Shown here: positions 35,374 through 47,319 of the stretch, one piece after another
How positions within the stretch are numbered: position 1 is the stretch's first letter
Layout: the number at the start of each line of letters is the position of its first letter
Assembly (NCBI RefSeq): GCF_036321535.1
Contig: NC_087447.1
Span: forward strand, 46,316,001-46,380,000
DNA: 64,000 nt
Direction of reading: 5' to 3'
Origin: Camelus dromedarius
Taxonomy: Eukaryota
Program-made: the position numbers and the translations under genes
The notes under the pieces: model-generated
The model's database searches: none
Told to the model about the DNA's origin: nothing
What the model saw: only the letters and a program-made list of their open reading frames with translations

Positions 35374-38300
35374 GTGAGGCCTTAGCACGGAAGCACAAAC
35401 AGGTAGAAAGGAGATGGGGCCCTGATGACTGCTTTGTTACTCAGAGCTGGGGATGGGAGAGAGTCACCCGTGGAGTTGAGGGGTTGAGGAAAGAAAGTGT
35501 GTCTCCTGCCTTCTATGTCTAATTTAAGGGGAGAATTGCAAGCTCAGCACAATTTTTTCATTCCCCAAGATCAGTGGATATGTTATGGGAAAATGCTGTA
35601 AGGATTGTGTTTCTTTGTGGCCTCCTGGAATGAGTAGCATCCCCTCACCACCCTTCCCACCCCTTCCACCCCAGTGGTGTGGCTTTGTTTTGTAAGAAAT
35701 ATCAGACTTTTTCCAAAATCTTCCCATCCACAGAATTCCTACCCCAGTCAGACTGGAGTCCTCCCTCCTCCTCTGCACTCACACTTTTCAAGGAACCAGT
35801 ATAATTTTCCCCCACCTCACACCACCCTACTCTACTTCTCGGTCTGACGGGGCTTAACCTGCTACCTTTCTCTGCAGGAGAAGCTCCAGGTGGCATTAGA
35901 GAAACTAAAAAATGGGCAGCAGTTGGCTGAGAAGCTGGAAGTGGATGTTTCAATGAAGAGAGCAGCCTGGAAGGCAAGAGTCACGTCCCGAAGGGAACAT
36001 GAGATCAGAAGCCTGGGGAGGGTCCAGGGTCCTGGACTCAAGAAAGCCCTAACCATAGCAATGCCTGTCTGAGAAGAGTCCCTATCTCTCACTCTCCAAG
36101 AACCAGCCATCCCCTAGGTCTTCCGATAGAGGGGAATAAAAGGGTGGCGCTCAAAGAGCTCCAATTAGACACAAAGATCAAGAGTCTTAGGAGAAGGTGC
36201 TGAGGGACAAGACATACCCTAAAGCTCCTGCTCCTTGAGCCCAGTCTTAGGGGATGACAGCACCAGTTCCTCAATATCTGGGACAGAGGAATCTAAGGAG
36301 AGATGCCCAATGGCTAGGCCTGTCAGGAAATGACGAGGGCTGCAAGGAACAGACTTAAGGGAACCATCAAGACCTTAAGGTAGGAAAACCAGTCCAACCA
36401 GGTGGTTGCTGGACCTTGTCCAGGTCACTGGTCAGAAGTGTAATGGGGATCTACAGCTTGTTTTGCACCAAAGATTAGGAGGTGGGGTGGGTCAGGGACT
36501 AGAGAAGAGTGCAAGGAGATCATTGACCAGGTGATCCCAGAAGAGGAAGATTTGGGAGTGGGGAAGGGTGAATCAGGCTGTGGTAGCAAAAGGGGTCATC
36601 CCATGTCATTGAATGACCCTCCAGTCACAAGCAGGAGATGCCAAGCAAAGAATACCTCAAAGACTCCTTTTCCCCAGGACTTAGGAATGGTGTTGTGAGC
36701 CTGTCTTTGTGACATTGTTGTGGGTGGAGGCAGGTGTTTCTGCTACTTACTGAGATATGAAGACAAAGGGGCAGGTCTGTGTGGTGACTTAAAGGATGTG
36801 GAGGAAGTCTCTGATACCATAGGCTGATGCAGCTGTGGTTGTAGGGCAGCTGTGGTGCACCCCCCACACCAGTCCCATTTCCCTCTTAGGCCCAGAAGCC
36901 TCACCCACCAGCCTCCCCAGCAAAACTGTGTGGGTGTGGGTGTGTCTGTGTGCGCGTGCTCACGCACGCTTATTCCCAGAGGGAGCCAAGCGGTGCATCT
37001 ACAAGGAATAGAAACAGATAGGAACACTTCCTCTCCCAAAGCTTAGGAGATTTTGATTTAAAAAATAAAAACAACACCTCTTTCTTTCCATGGACACCAA
37101 AGGGGAAGGTTGAAGCACACAAATTGAGGATTCATGAAGAGTTTGTGAGACAGAAAAACTTCCTGGCGGAAGAGGAGCAGAGGCAACTGCAGAAGCTGGA
37201 GGAGGATGAGAGGGAAAAGCTGAGAGTCTTGGGGGCGACAGAGGCCAGGCTGGCCCAGCAGAGCCAGATCCTGCAGGAGCTGATCGCAGAGCTGGAGAGG
37301 AAGAGTCGGGGCTCAGCGCTGGAGCTGCTGCAGGTGAGGCCTGAGGACAGGCTCTGCTCTGAGATTCAGGCAGTGACTGAAAAAAGCCAGAGCTCCTAGG
37401 GGTTACCTTAAGAGCACACAGAAACTCGGTCCCTGGAATTGTCTTAAGTAGAACAGACTAGAATTTGGACCCATGAGTGGGTTGCACTCGAGGCATGGAA
37501 AAGTACAAATTTAGGAAGGAATATTCCACGCAGAAATCAAAAGAAATGGACATCTCTGGAAGGTGCTTGCTCTAACACGTACCAGATCCATGACCTAGAG
37601 AAAGTTCCTTAATCTTTCTGAAGGTCAGGTTTCTCCTGTGCTAAATACGTATTATAAGATTACATATCTCAAAAGGGTTTTGTAAGGATTAAATAAAAGA
37701 ATCCAGTAAGGCTCTTAGATGAGTGTTTGGCCATGGGAAGATTTTCATAAATGTAACATAACTAAAAACACTGAATCGAAAATTAAAAGATGGCAGCCCA
37801 GCCCCAGCCCTGCCACAAATTTCTCTCCGTAACCCCAAGTCATTTTCCTTTCCTCAACCTAATTTCTCCATCTGTGAAACAGGGGTAGTGGGCTCAATGA
37901 CAAGGGTTCTCCAAACTTTAGTCATAAATTACCATCTTTACACTTTCTGCTATTTCTGTGAACTACCCAAATGATTTTAGCATGTTATTTTTTTCTTTAA
38001 ATTATCTCACGATTTTACCTGAATAAATAGAATTTAAAAGGAAATTTGTCCCAAGCAATAGCAGCCAAGAAATTATGTGTTGATGTTACTATTTTTCCTA
38101 ATTTATTTCATAACAGTAATATTAATGACTGCAAATTCTTAAGTAGCACATATGCCAGTGTTCAGTCCCTCGTGACTATGCAATGAGGTGGATGCTACTA
38201 TTATATTATTCTTATTTCATCGATGAGAAAACTAAGGTGCAGAGATGTTAAGAGATTTAGTGAGAGACTCAAACTAAAAATCTGAACCAAGTTCACCAGA

Positions 38301-40800
38301 ATAGTAAGAGGTAAAGCTAAGACTAAAATAAGCACATAATTATTTTTACAAATTCAGTGATGTGTTTTCCCACTTACAATCATCTCACATCCGCCGATGA
38401 CAGGCATTTGCTGGCCTCACTTTGGGAAACAATGGACGAGACGGTCTCAGAAGTCCCTTCTGCTGGGACATTCTGTGGCTCCTCTTTTCCCCACATCTTT
38501 CCACTGTCTCTCAGTCAGACGAGGTCACGAGACCATTTCTTTCTGGTTTGTGCACAAAAGCTAATGAGATTGACATGACTTCTCAGGATCTCTTCTTCCC
38601 ATTGTCTAAATCTTGCTTCTGCCCAACATCGAGCAGAGCTTTCTCAGGCATGTTTGACAGGGCCTAGGAGCCTGCCCGCTCCCGAGTAAGGACCCCCAAC
38701 CCCTGCAACAGTATATTTGCAGATGTTTCAGTATCACATCCCTGTTTCACATACAGCATGGGACAGAGCTTTAACTAGTCAGCCCTTCCTCCCCGGACAG
38801 TGCGACCCCACAGCGAGAGCAGGTTCTGTGCCTCCTGACTTGGCCATTCTTTCTCCGTGACTGTCTCTGGGCCTCAGCCAGGCTGCGCTATTTGCTCCTT
38901 TCCACTCTCCCACCCACCCCCACCAAGGAGCCGGTCCTTCTAATATTTTTTCTGAGTCACCTCCCTTCCTCTAGCTATAGGTCACACGCATGCTAGGTTT
39001 CTGCTAACCTTACAAGCACCTCCATGTCCCTTTTGTTCCAAGCTGGTCAGAAATGTCTTTTGGGCCTTGGCACAGAGGAATGCGGCAGAGCACTGTCCGT
39101 GCACCTCAGGGTTGTATCATGTCACCACAGGACTGAAGTCTCAACCATAAAACCAGTGTCTCCAGAACTTACCCTGTGTCTCTTTTCTCCTCAGGAGGTG
39201 AAAAGTGTCCTGGAAAGGTAAGGAGAGGTTTTCTTTGTTAGAGGAGGGGTTGGCAGGAAGCATATATACCTGTGAAAAAAGATTTCTGAGTTAGGAAACA
39301 TCCACTGAAGTTTTCCCCATCCTCCTCCTTGTCCTCGAAGACCCAATCCTCCATCAAATATTTGCTGGTCTCAGAAGGCTAATTCATAGACATCTCAATT
39401 GGTGAGCTGTCCAAAGTAATTGGACTGTAACATCTTCACAATGCAAAGTTAGACAAACTGGGGAGTTCTGAGCCTACAAACCACTGGGACTTCTTTAAAA
39501 AGAATCTAACCAGTTTCAAACCTCCCAGAAAGAGCCATGGGGAAGACCCACGGCACAGGTGAGACTTCTTGAGGTTCCTCACAGCAGTGATTTAGACGAT
39601 ATCAGACGACTTGCCTGTTAAATGAAACAGAATGTGCTTGCGGGCTGACCTTAGGTTTGGAGAGGAGATACAGGCTGTCCATGTGCTACAGAGGCTCATG
39701 TAACCAGCAAGGCTTGGAGAGAAACTGAATCCTACTTCCTTTTGCCCTCCATCCCCAGGATCCTAACACAAGAGGTGTTTGCAAATTTGCACTGAATTAA
39801 ATCTATCATGAACAAGGGTGGGTAGAGCAACAGGATTTGGGAAGGGTGATGTAGGTGTTGGATATAGAGTCTCTAACTCTTTTTCCCCCAGGAGTGAGAA
39901 CTGGAACCTGGAGAAGCTAGACATTGTCTCCCCAGACCTAGAGAGTGTGTGCTGTGTGCCCGGGCTGAAAAAGATGCTGAGGACGCATGGTGGTGAGGCC
40001 AGCACCAGGGCTGTGGGTCTGACCTGCTGGGGAGCAGAAGGGGATAACGAGGGTGCGCAGTGCATCCCAGAGTTGGGGAGAGGTGACAGGCTACAGTAGG
40101 TGGGGCAGGGGTGGAAATACCCCAAAGGTCAGGGCAAGGGTCAGAGTTGGCTGGGCAGTCATTTCCTCACACAGTGAGGCTCAGGATCACCCCTTCATCC
40201 TCATGTCCCCACCACAGGCACAGGATTACTGACTCCCCACACTCTTCTGGTCCTCTCTCTGCAGTACACATCACACTGGATCCACGTACAGCCAATCCAT
40301 GGCTCATCCTTTCGGAGAATCGGAGAGAAGTGAGGTTTGGAGACATCCAGCAGAAGGTGCCTGAAAATGAGGAAAGATTTGATACTTACCCCATGGTCCT
40401 GGGTTTCCAGTGCTTTGACTCCGGAAAACTTTACTGGGAGGTAGATGTGACAGGAAAGGAGGCCTGGGACCTGGGGGTCTGTAGAGACTCTGTGCGGAGG
40501 AAGGGGCATTTTATGCTCAACCCCAGCAATGGCTTCTGGACAATCTGGCTATGGAACAAACAAAAGTATGAAGCTGGCACCTGCCCCTCTACTCCCCTCC
40601 ACCTTCAGGTGCCTCCATGCCGAGTTGGGGTCTTTCTGGACTATGAGGCCAGCACTGTCTCCTTCTACAATATCACTGACCATGGCTCCCTCATCTACAC
40701 CTTCTCCGAATGTGCCTTCACTGGACCTCTAAGGCCCTTCTTCAATCCTGGTTTCAATGATGGAGGAAAAAATGCGGCCCCTCTGATCCTCTGTCCCTGA
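34966..40800 (+). CDS. TRIM21: E3 ubiquitin ligase TRIM21 (Ro52, cytosolic Fc receptor); spliced CDS 34966-35373, 35878-35973, 37103-37333, 39195-39217, 39892-39992, 40265-40800 = 1395 nt, 464 aa
   Basis: [26 protein letters not shown]-box2, coiled coil and PRY-SPRY ([40 protein letters not shown]). Exon sizes 408/96/231/23/101 match the TRIM21-type structure and the frames join correctly. Confidence 0.96.
35878..35973 (+). CDS. TRIM21: TRIM21 exon 3 (coiled coil, 96 nt) with GC donor
   Basis: Acceptor tctgcag|[35 protein letters not shown]; ends AAG|GCAAGA. Confidence 0.9.
37103..37333 (+). CDS. TRIM21: TRIM21 exon 4 (coiled coil, 231 nt)
   Basis: caaag|[36 protein letters not shown]...LELLQ; donor CAG|GTGAGG. 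Confidence 0.93.
37560..37760 (+). mobile_element. MIR in TRIM21 intron 4
   Basis: tgacctagagaaagttccttaatctttctg..tttctc..ggttttgtaaggattaaata. Confidence 0.55.
39195..39217 (+). CDS. TRIM21: TRIM21 exon 5 (23 nt)
   Basis: ttttctcctcag|GAGGTGAAAAGTGTCCTGGAAAG|gtaagg, encoding EVKSVLE(R); this is the typical 23-nt exon of TRIM5/21-type genes. Confidence 0.92.
39892..39992 (+). CDS. TRIM21: TRIM21 exon 6 (101 nt, linker)
   Basis: ttttccccag|G AGT GAG AAC TGG..., [33 protein letters not shown], donor G|GTGAGG. Confidence 0.92.
40265..40800 (+). CDS. TRIM21: TRIM21 exon 7 coding part (PRY-SPRY/B30.2)
   Basis: ctctctgcag|[34 protein letters not shown]...YWEVDV...LDYEA...PLRPFFNP...APLILCP-TGA. 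Confidence 0.95.
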
Positions 40801-41196
40801 GGATGGGCTGATAGGGATCCAGAGACTGTCAATGGCTCTCTCTGGACACCAACACACCTCTATTGGTTCCCCTTCTCAGCCACTAGCCCTGCCTCATTTG
40901 CCCACGACCTCTGAACCACCTTTTTCTCTGCAGAGGTGTCAGGATGCCAGCCAGCCAACTTTAGCAGGGAGATCACTGGAAGTCTATGTCAAATGACCTT
41001 CACCACCAATATTCCTGCCCTACACTGCTTTATGACTCCCTCCATGAAACATGCTACTTGTAGATGGCCCCCAAACCCATCTGGATCAATGAAAACATGC
41101 TTCTGCCTTTTTTATGCGACTCAAGTTTCGTTTTCTCCTCTCCTTCTCTAGGCCTTTGGTCAGATCTCTACTATGTATCTTGCAAAGGACTTCCTA

Positions 41197-41202
41197 AATA
41201 AA
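41197..41202 (+). terminator. Probable TRIM21 polyadenylation signal
   Basis: First AATAAA after the stop codon, about 400 nt downstream. Confidence 0.6.
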
Positions 41203-41461
41203 CTGGGCCTCAACCTGTTCCGTCTTTCCTTGCCTCGTACACATCTAGGATTATCTTCCCAGCATACACTCATCTGATCATGAGTGGCTCCACACTGCCT
41301 ATAGAAAAACATATTTTAAAACAAAGGCTGAATTCTGCATGCCTTAGATTGCCATGTTAAATATCCAGCCTGCTGTGCTCCCCCATTTCCACCATTATCT
41401 CCCAACCACATCTTGTTGATAGTGGAGTTGGTTAAAGGGTGTATTGATATAAATGGCAGGG

Positions 41462-41883
41462 GTGATGGTATTTTGATGTGCCAACTGCCTAGGCTATAAG
41501 CCCCCAGTTTTTCAATCAAACACTAATCCCAATGTTGCTGTAAAGATGTTTTGTAGATGTCATCAAAGTCCACAATTATTTGACTTTAAACAGGGGAGAC
41601 TGTCCTTGATAAGCAGGGTGGGCCTAATGTTCAATCAGGTGAAAGGCCTTGAGAGCAGAACTGAGACTTCCCTGAAGTCGAAGGTATTCCACTTATAAAG
41701 GGCAGCTTCAGCCCATGCCCAGGAGTCCCAGCTTGTCCTTCCTGAGAGCCTGCCTTGTGGGTTTACAACTTGCCTTGCCAGCCTTCACAGTTGCATAAGC
41801 GAATTCCTTGCAATAAATAAATAAATCTCTTAATGTTTATCTCCTGCTAGTTCTCCTTCTCCAGTTGAACCCTGATTGGTATG
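41462..41883 (+). mobile_element. MLT2D-like ERVL solo LTR
   Basis: tgatggtattttgatgtgccaactg..caaacactaat..gttgctgtaaag..gggtgggcctaat..caatcaggtgaaaggcctt..caataaat..gaaccctgattg. Confidence 0.75.
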
Positions 41884-42944
41884 AAAGCCAGGACTGAGGT
41901 AACAGCATCACCTGGTTTCAGCACTTTCTTGAGTTTAAGCTTTTAAGGTTGGAGCAATAAAGATCTACACCTGAGCAATAGCGGGCTGTGTGAGAGCCAC
42001 TACCCTTCCAGGAACCCTGATTCCTCATTGAAAATAGAATCTCAGATTTCCCTTAGCACATCTACTAAATATTTCATGAAAAACTTAGATACTATACAAA
42101 GATGTCAGTGACCTTTAAAAGACCTTATTGGTAAAAGAGTTATTTCTAGAGATAAGTAATGGTCTATCTTAACACTGGACAGAAAGAAGATACTTAAAAG
42201 GAAAGATAAAAGGAAGAGTATCCTTGGGCAAGATGATGACATTACACAGCTAAACCAGTATAAGCTGGCAAAGTCAACCAGTGCTTTGGTTGATACACTG
42301 GAGGAAGAATATGGAGAACTCAGTCCTATATGAATGGAATGTACTGGCAAGGGTTGGATTCGTATGTATCCAATGTGGGTCATGGAGAAATACTTTTTAG
42401 TAGAAGGGTAAGTTATGAAACCAGCTTTTCTGCTTCTCTGTGTCTCTGCTTTGGGGTTGACCAATGTAAATGATTTTTTTTTCCCCTACAATTGATACAC
42501 TGGTGAGAGGAGACTACCATAATGATATAAACTTAAATACTCTCATTTCTCAAAAAGTACCTTGGCATACTGGGTTACCCTGATACTTAAGAGTTGTACA
42601 TTACACAGATGACATACTACCATCCCCTTGGTCTCCACCAAAAGGTATTAAATAGTAGATACTTCATAGTATCTCAACTTTTCTCCCCACCAATAATTAC
42701 TAACAAGTCTTCCAGGTACACCCCAGCATGGCACACAAAAATTCTCTTGAGAAATGAAAGATTCTACCAGCAGCAATTCTAATTTTGATTAATACTATCC
42801 TTTAAAATTCAAATAAGGCCTACTGACTTTTGTGATCTCCTTTGATTCTACAAATTCCTTTTGAATTACAAGAAGTACTTATTACACCAAAATTTTAAGG
42901 CTAAACGAGCTAAGGCAGAAAGAAGTTAAAAATGTACCCACTGC

Positions 42945-43340
42945 TGTCACCTGAGAGGGGCTGAAGGGGGATTCGAGGAGGTAAGCTGCCCAACCGGAAA
43001 AATGTGTGAGGAGCCGCCGTACCACAAAACAAACTGCGCGAGGAGCCGGCAAGGAGCGAAACAGCACTTTATCCTAGTTCAACAAGATGGCGCGCGCCCG
43101 CGTGGCGCACTTGTCCTGCTTTTCTCTATCCTGCGCGCACATGCTCATTCCTTTGTTCATACTACTTACATAACGCTACTAGCGCATGCGTACCTTTACT
43201 TTCTTCGTTCACAGGCTTACATAACTGGCGCATGCGTACATTTACCTCTTACCTCATACACAGGGGAGTTGTGACCTTTGACCTGGGTCCCACGGCCTAC
43301 TCACTTAACTGCTTACTCTGCGTGAAGTATGTTCCAGATC
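42945..43340 (-). mobile_element. Young CpG-rich solo LTR (probable ERV), lineage-specific
   Basis: About 400 bp of CpG-dense sequence in AT-rich DNA; starts tgtca, has a candidate 4-bp TSD ctgc/ctgc and an internal direct repeat cttacataac..gcgcatgcgtac. Confidence 0.6.
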
Positions 43341-43449
43341 CTGCTAATATTTTGTATTTCTTAGTTCTATCTATGGTAAAAGTATAGTCAAGAAATGTAA
43401 AGATTATGGTGCCCCTTCCTTTTTTACTTATGAAACTATCTTATATTTA

Positions 43450-45500
43450 AATTTTTCCAGCTTTATTATGGTATAATTAACAAATAAAAATCGTGTCTAA
43501 AAAGGTGTACACTTAAATATATGTATACCTGTGAAATGATTAATTCAATCAAGCTAATTAACAGATTCATCACCTCACATAGTTACTATTTTGTATGTAC
43601 AGCAAGAATACTTAACATCAACTCTCAGCAAATTTCAAGTATACAATCCCATATTTTAACTATAATCACCATACTGTACATTAGGTCCCCAAACTGAAAG
43701 TTTGTACCCGTCAGCCAGCATCTCCCTATTTCCCCTACCCCTGTGCCTCTGGCAACCACCATTCTGCTCTCTCCTATGAGTTCAATTTTTTTGGATTCCA
43801 CATAGAAGAGAAATTATGCAGTATTTGTCTTTCCGTGTCTGACTTATTTCACTTAGTATAATGCACTCCAGGCTCAACCATGTTGTCACAAATGGCAGGA
43901 TTCCCTTCTTTTTATGGTTGAATAACATTCCATTGTGTACGTGCACCACATTTTCTTTTTTTCTTCCAACTTTATTGAGGTATAATTGACATAACATTTT
44001 GTAACCTTAAGGTGTAAAACGCAATGATTTAATATACATATATATTGCTAAATGATTACCACAATAAGGTTAGTTAACACATCCATCACCTCATAGTTAC
44101 ATTTGCATTTCTGGTGAGAACTTTTAAGATCTACTCTCTTAAGACTTCCAAATACACAATACAGTACTATTAACTCTTGTCATTATGCTGTACATTGCAT
44201 TCTCAAAACATATTTTATAACTGGAATTTTATACCCTTGACCACCTTCAATCATTTCCCTCACCCGCATCCCTCATGTCTGGCAGCCACCAATCTATTCT
44301 GTTTCTATGAGTTTGATTTTTTAGATTCCACCTACAAATGAGATCATACAGTATTTGTCTTTCTCTAACTTATTTCACGTAGTGTAATGTTTTCAAGATT
44401 CATCCACATTGTCACGAATGGCAAGATTTCCTTATATGGCTGACTAGAATATATATCACATTTTATGTATATGTATATCACATTTTATTTATCCATTCTT
44501 CTTTCAATGAACACTAAGGTTGTTTCCATCTCTTGGCTATTGTAAATAATGCTGCAGTGAACATGGGGGTGCAGATATCTCTTTGAGACAGTGATTTCAT
44601 TGTTTTCAGAATCGGAATTCCAGAAGTGGAATTTCTGAATCATATGGTAGTTCTATTTTTAATTTTTTGAGGAATCTCCATACTGTTTGCCATAGTGGCT
44701 CCACAGATTTACATTCCACCAACAGTGTACAATGGTTCCTCTTTTTTCCATATCCTTGCCAGCATTTGTTATCTCTTATCTTTTTGATAATAGACATTCT
44801 AACAGGTGTGAAGTGATATCTCATTGTGGTTTTGATTCACATTTGTCTGATAATTAGTGATATTGAGAATCTTTTCATCTTCCTATTGGCCATGTGTATG
44901 TCTTCTTTGAAAAATCTCTATTCAGGTCCTTTGCCATTTTTTAATCAGGTTATTTGCTTTTTGTGGGCTTTTTGCTATTGAGTTTTGCTATTGAGTTACA
45001 AGTACTCCTTACATATTTGAATATTAACCCCTTATCAGATATATGATTTGAAAATATTTTCTCCCACTCCATAGGCTGCCTTTCCATTTTGTTGATTGAT
45101 TGTTTTTCTGTAGAGAAGCTTTTTAGTTTTTTCATTATTAGACAAGCTTTTTAGTTTGATGTAGTCCCACTTCTTTATTTTGCTTTTGTTGCCTCTACTT
45201 TGATGTGAAATCAAGAAAATCATTGTCAAGACCAATGTCAAGAAGTTTTTTTTTTAAATATTTTTGTCTAAGATTTTTAGTTTCAGATCTTATATTTAAG
45301 CCATTATTCCACTTCAAGTTAATTTTCATCTGTGGTGTAAGGGTCCAATTTCAATCTTTTGCATGCAAATATCCAGTTTTCCTAAAACTATTTATTAAGA
45401 GGCTATTCTTTCCTCACTGAAAATTCTTAATACCCTTGTCAAAGAATGCATGGGTTAAATGCATGGGTTTATTTCTAGTTCTCTATTCTGTTCTTTGGTT
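43450..45500 (-). mobile_element. L1MA-type antisense elements (two adjacent 3' ends plus ORF2 C-terminus)
   Basis: Two similar 3' ends beginning at about 43450 and 43955; ORF2 peptides MRYHFTPVRM, WEKIFSNHISDKGL. Confidence 0.85.
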
Positions 45501-45969
45501 CCACTTCAAATTCAAAATAAGTTTATAGATAGACATAGATATAGATTTCTCAAGTCTGTATATGATGAAATTAAATATATATTCTGTCTAGATGCTTTAA
45601 TTGCAGTGTCCTAGCTAAGCTCACTGTAGGAAATAATTCTCATTGTTTAATATGATTTAGTTTGGTTTTGATATTCCTATTTTTCAGGACACTATGCATG
45701 TGCTAAGAAAAGTCTCTAAGAGGCTAAGTAACTTCAAGATCAAACACATCACTTTTGGTGAAACCAGGGCTCAAATCTAATCTGATCTGAAAGCTCATGC
45801 TCTTTTCTAAACACTGCCCTTCTTAAAGTAACATGGCAATCTATCTTTCAAAGTAATGACAGATCCCTTTGTTCACAGTCAGTATAATCCTTAGTTCATA
45901 AATCTCTACAAAGCAGGCAAAAAAAATGCAAGATTCTACGTTGATAAACATATCACCTGTCACATAAAC

Positions 45970-46920
45970 TCAGCAGTATGTCCACCATGAAGACAGAGTA
46001 CTAACCAGACGCTCGCGAATCTGCCTGGTCTTGATGCCATAGATGATGGGGTTTAGCATAGGAGGGGCTAACATGCAGACATTTGCCAGCAGGATGTGGG
46101 TATGGAGAGGAACATGATGCCCAAACCGCTGAGTAATTATGGTAAAAATGCCAGGCAAGTAGAACATGGAAATGACCCCAAGGTGAGAGCCACATGTGCC
46201 CAGGGCCTTTTGCCGAGCTCCTCGGGAGGGGAGGCAGAAGACTGCACTGAGGATGAAGGTGTAGGAAACCAAGATGAGCAAGGCATCTATCACTACAGTA
46301 GAGAGAAGAACTGACAAACCATACCAGACATTGACATGAATATCAGCACAAGCAAATTTGGCAACAGCCATGTGCTCACAGTAGGTATGTGGTAGCACAT
46401 TGCTATGGCAGAAAGGCAGCCTCTTCACCAGGAACACATCTGGGAGTATCACAGAGAAGCTTCGCAGGACCACAGCCAGGCCAACCCTTATGATTACTGT
46501 GTGACTGAGCACTGTGGTATAACGCAGTGGGTCACAGATGGCCACATAGCGGTCAAATGCCATGGCCAACAGAATCCCTGATTCAGCAATGAAGGAGGCA
46601 TGGATGAAGAAGATTTGGGTGACACAGCCATCAAGGGAGATCTCTCCAGCATGGAACCAGAATATGGCCAGGGCCTTGGGCACAGTGGTAGTGGACAGGA
46701 TGAGGTCAGCCACAGCCAGCATGATGAGGAAGAAGTACATGGGCTCATGGAGGCTGTGTTCAATGATGATGATGAAGAAAAGGAGGCAATTCCCAAGGAC
46801 AGCAACAAGGTAGGAAATAAAGAAGGGGAGAGAGATCCATGTGTGCTGGTCTTCCAGGCCAGGGATCCCCAGCAGAATGAAGAGTGAGTGGCTGGTACCA
46901 GTGTGGTTGGGGGTTGCCAT
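45970..46920 (-). CDS. OR52B3: Class I olfactory receptor family 52 subfamily B (OR52B3-like), intact 316 aa
   Basis: NHT glycosylation site, LHEPMYFFL, MAFDRYVAICDPLRY, HTYCEHMAVAKFAC, KALGTCGSH, PPMLNPIIYGIKTRQIR. Its position between TRIM21 and OR52B4 matches human OR52B3P (symbol by synteny). Confidence 0.88.
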   Translation of the reverse strand: MATPNHTGTSHSLFILLGIPGLEDQHTWISLPFFISYLVAVLGNCLLFFIIIIEHSLHEPMYFFLIMLAVADLILSTTTVPKALAIFWFHAGEISLDGCVTQIFFIHASFIAESGILLAMAFDRYVAICDPLRYTTVLSHTVIIRVGLAVVLRSFSVILPDVFLVKRLPFCHSNVLPHTYCEHMAVAKFACADIHVNVWYGLSVLLSTVVIDALLILVSYTFILSAVFCLPSRGARQKALGTCGSHLGVISMFYLPGIFTIITQRFGHHVPLHTHILLANVCMLAPPMLNPIIYGIKTRQIRERLVSTLSSWWTYC

Positions 46921-47319
46921 GCCCAGAATGAGTCATTTGGGTGTTGATGTATATAGGATTTGGCAGTCATCTCTTCTCCCCTTCCATAAAGGTGAATGGG
47001 ACTGGAGCAGGGAAGTGGAGACAGATCATTTTTCATTGGCTGAGAAATGGAAAGGCTCTGGTCAGGAAATCAGGAAACATGGGTTAAAACTCCTTGCCAT
47101 TCTATTCACTAGTTAGTAAAATTACTAACTAATCTCAGTAAAATTACTTCCTTACTCTGGGTCTCTTTTTTCATCACCTTAAAACTAAAGTTGATGAGAA
47201 GTTGGATTACATATCTCTGGCTATTATAAACAGTTAAGAGCTGTGAATAACACTGCAGTTTCCACTTGGACCATCAAAAATGTGATCTGCATCTCCAAAG
47301 AAAACGGTAACTGAGTTAA

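Noticed and set aside
40111..40264. N-terminal extension of the 229-aa PRY-SPRY ORF as a standalone gene
   Set aside because: It starts at a GTG within intron 6; the real exon starts at the 40265 acceptor.
46494..47036. 180-aa ORF and other ORFs overlapping the OR genes
   Set aside because: Alternative-frame or antisense shadows of GC-rich OR coding sequence, with no recognisable domains.
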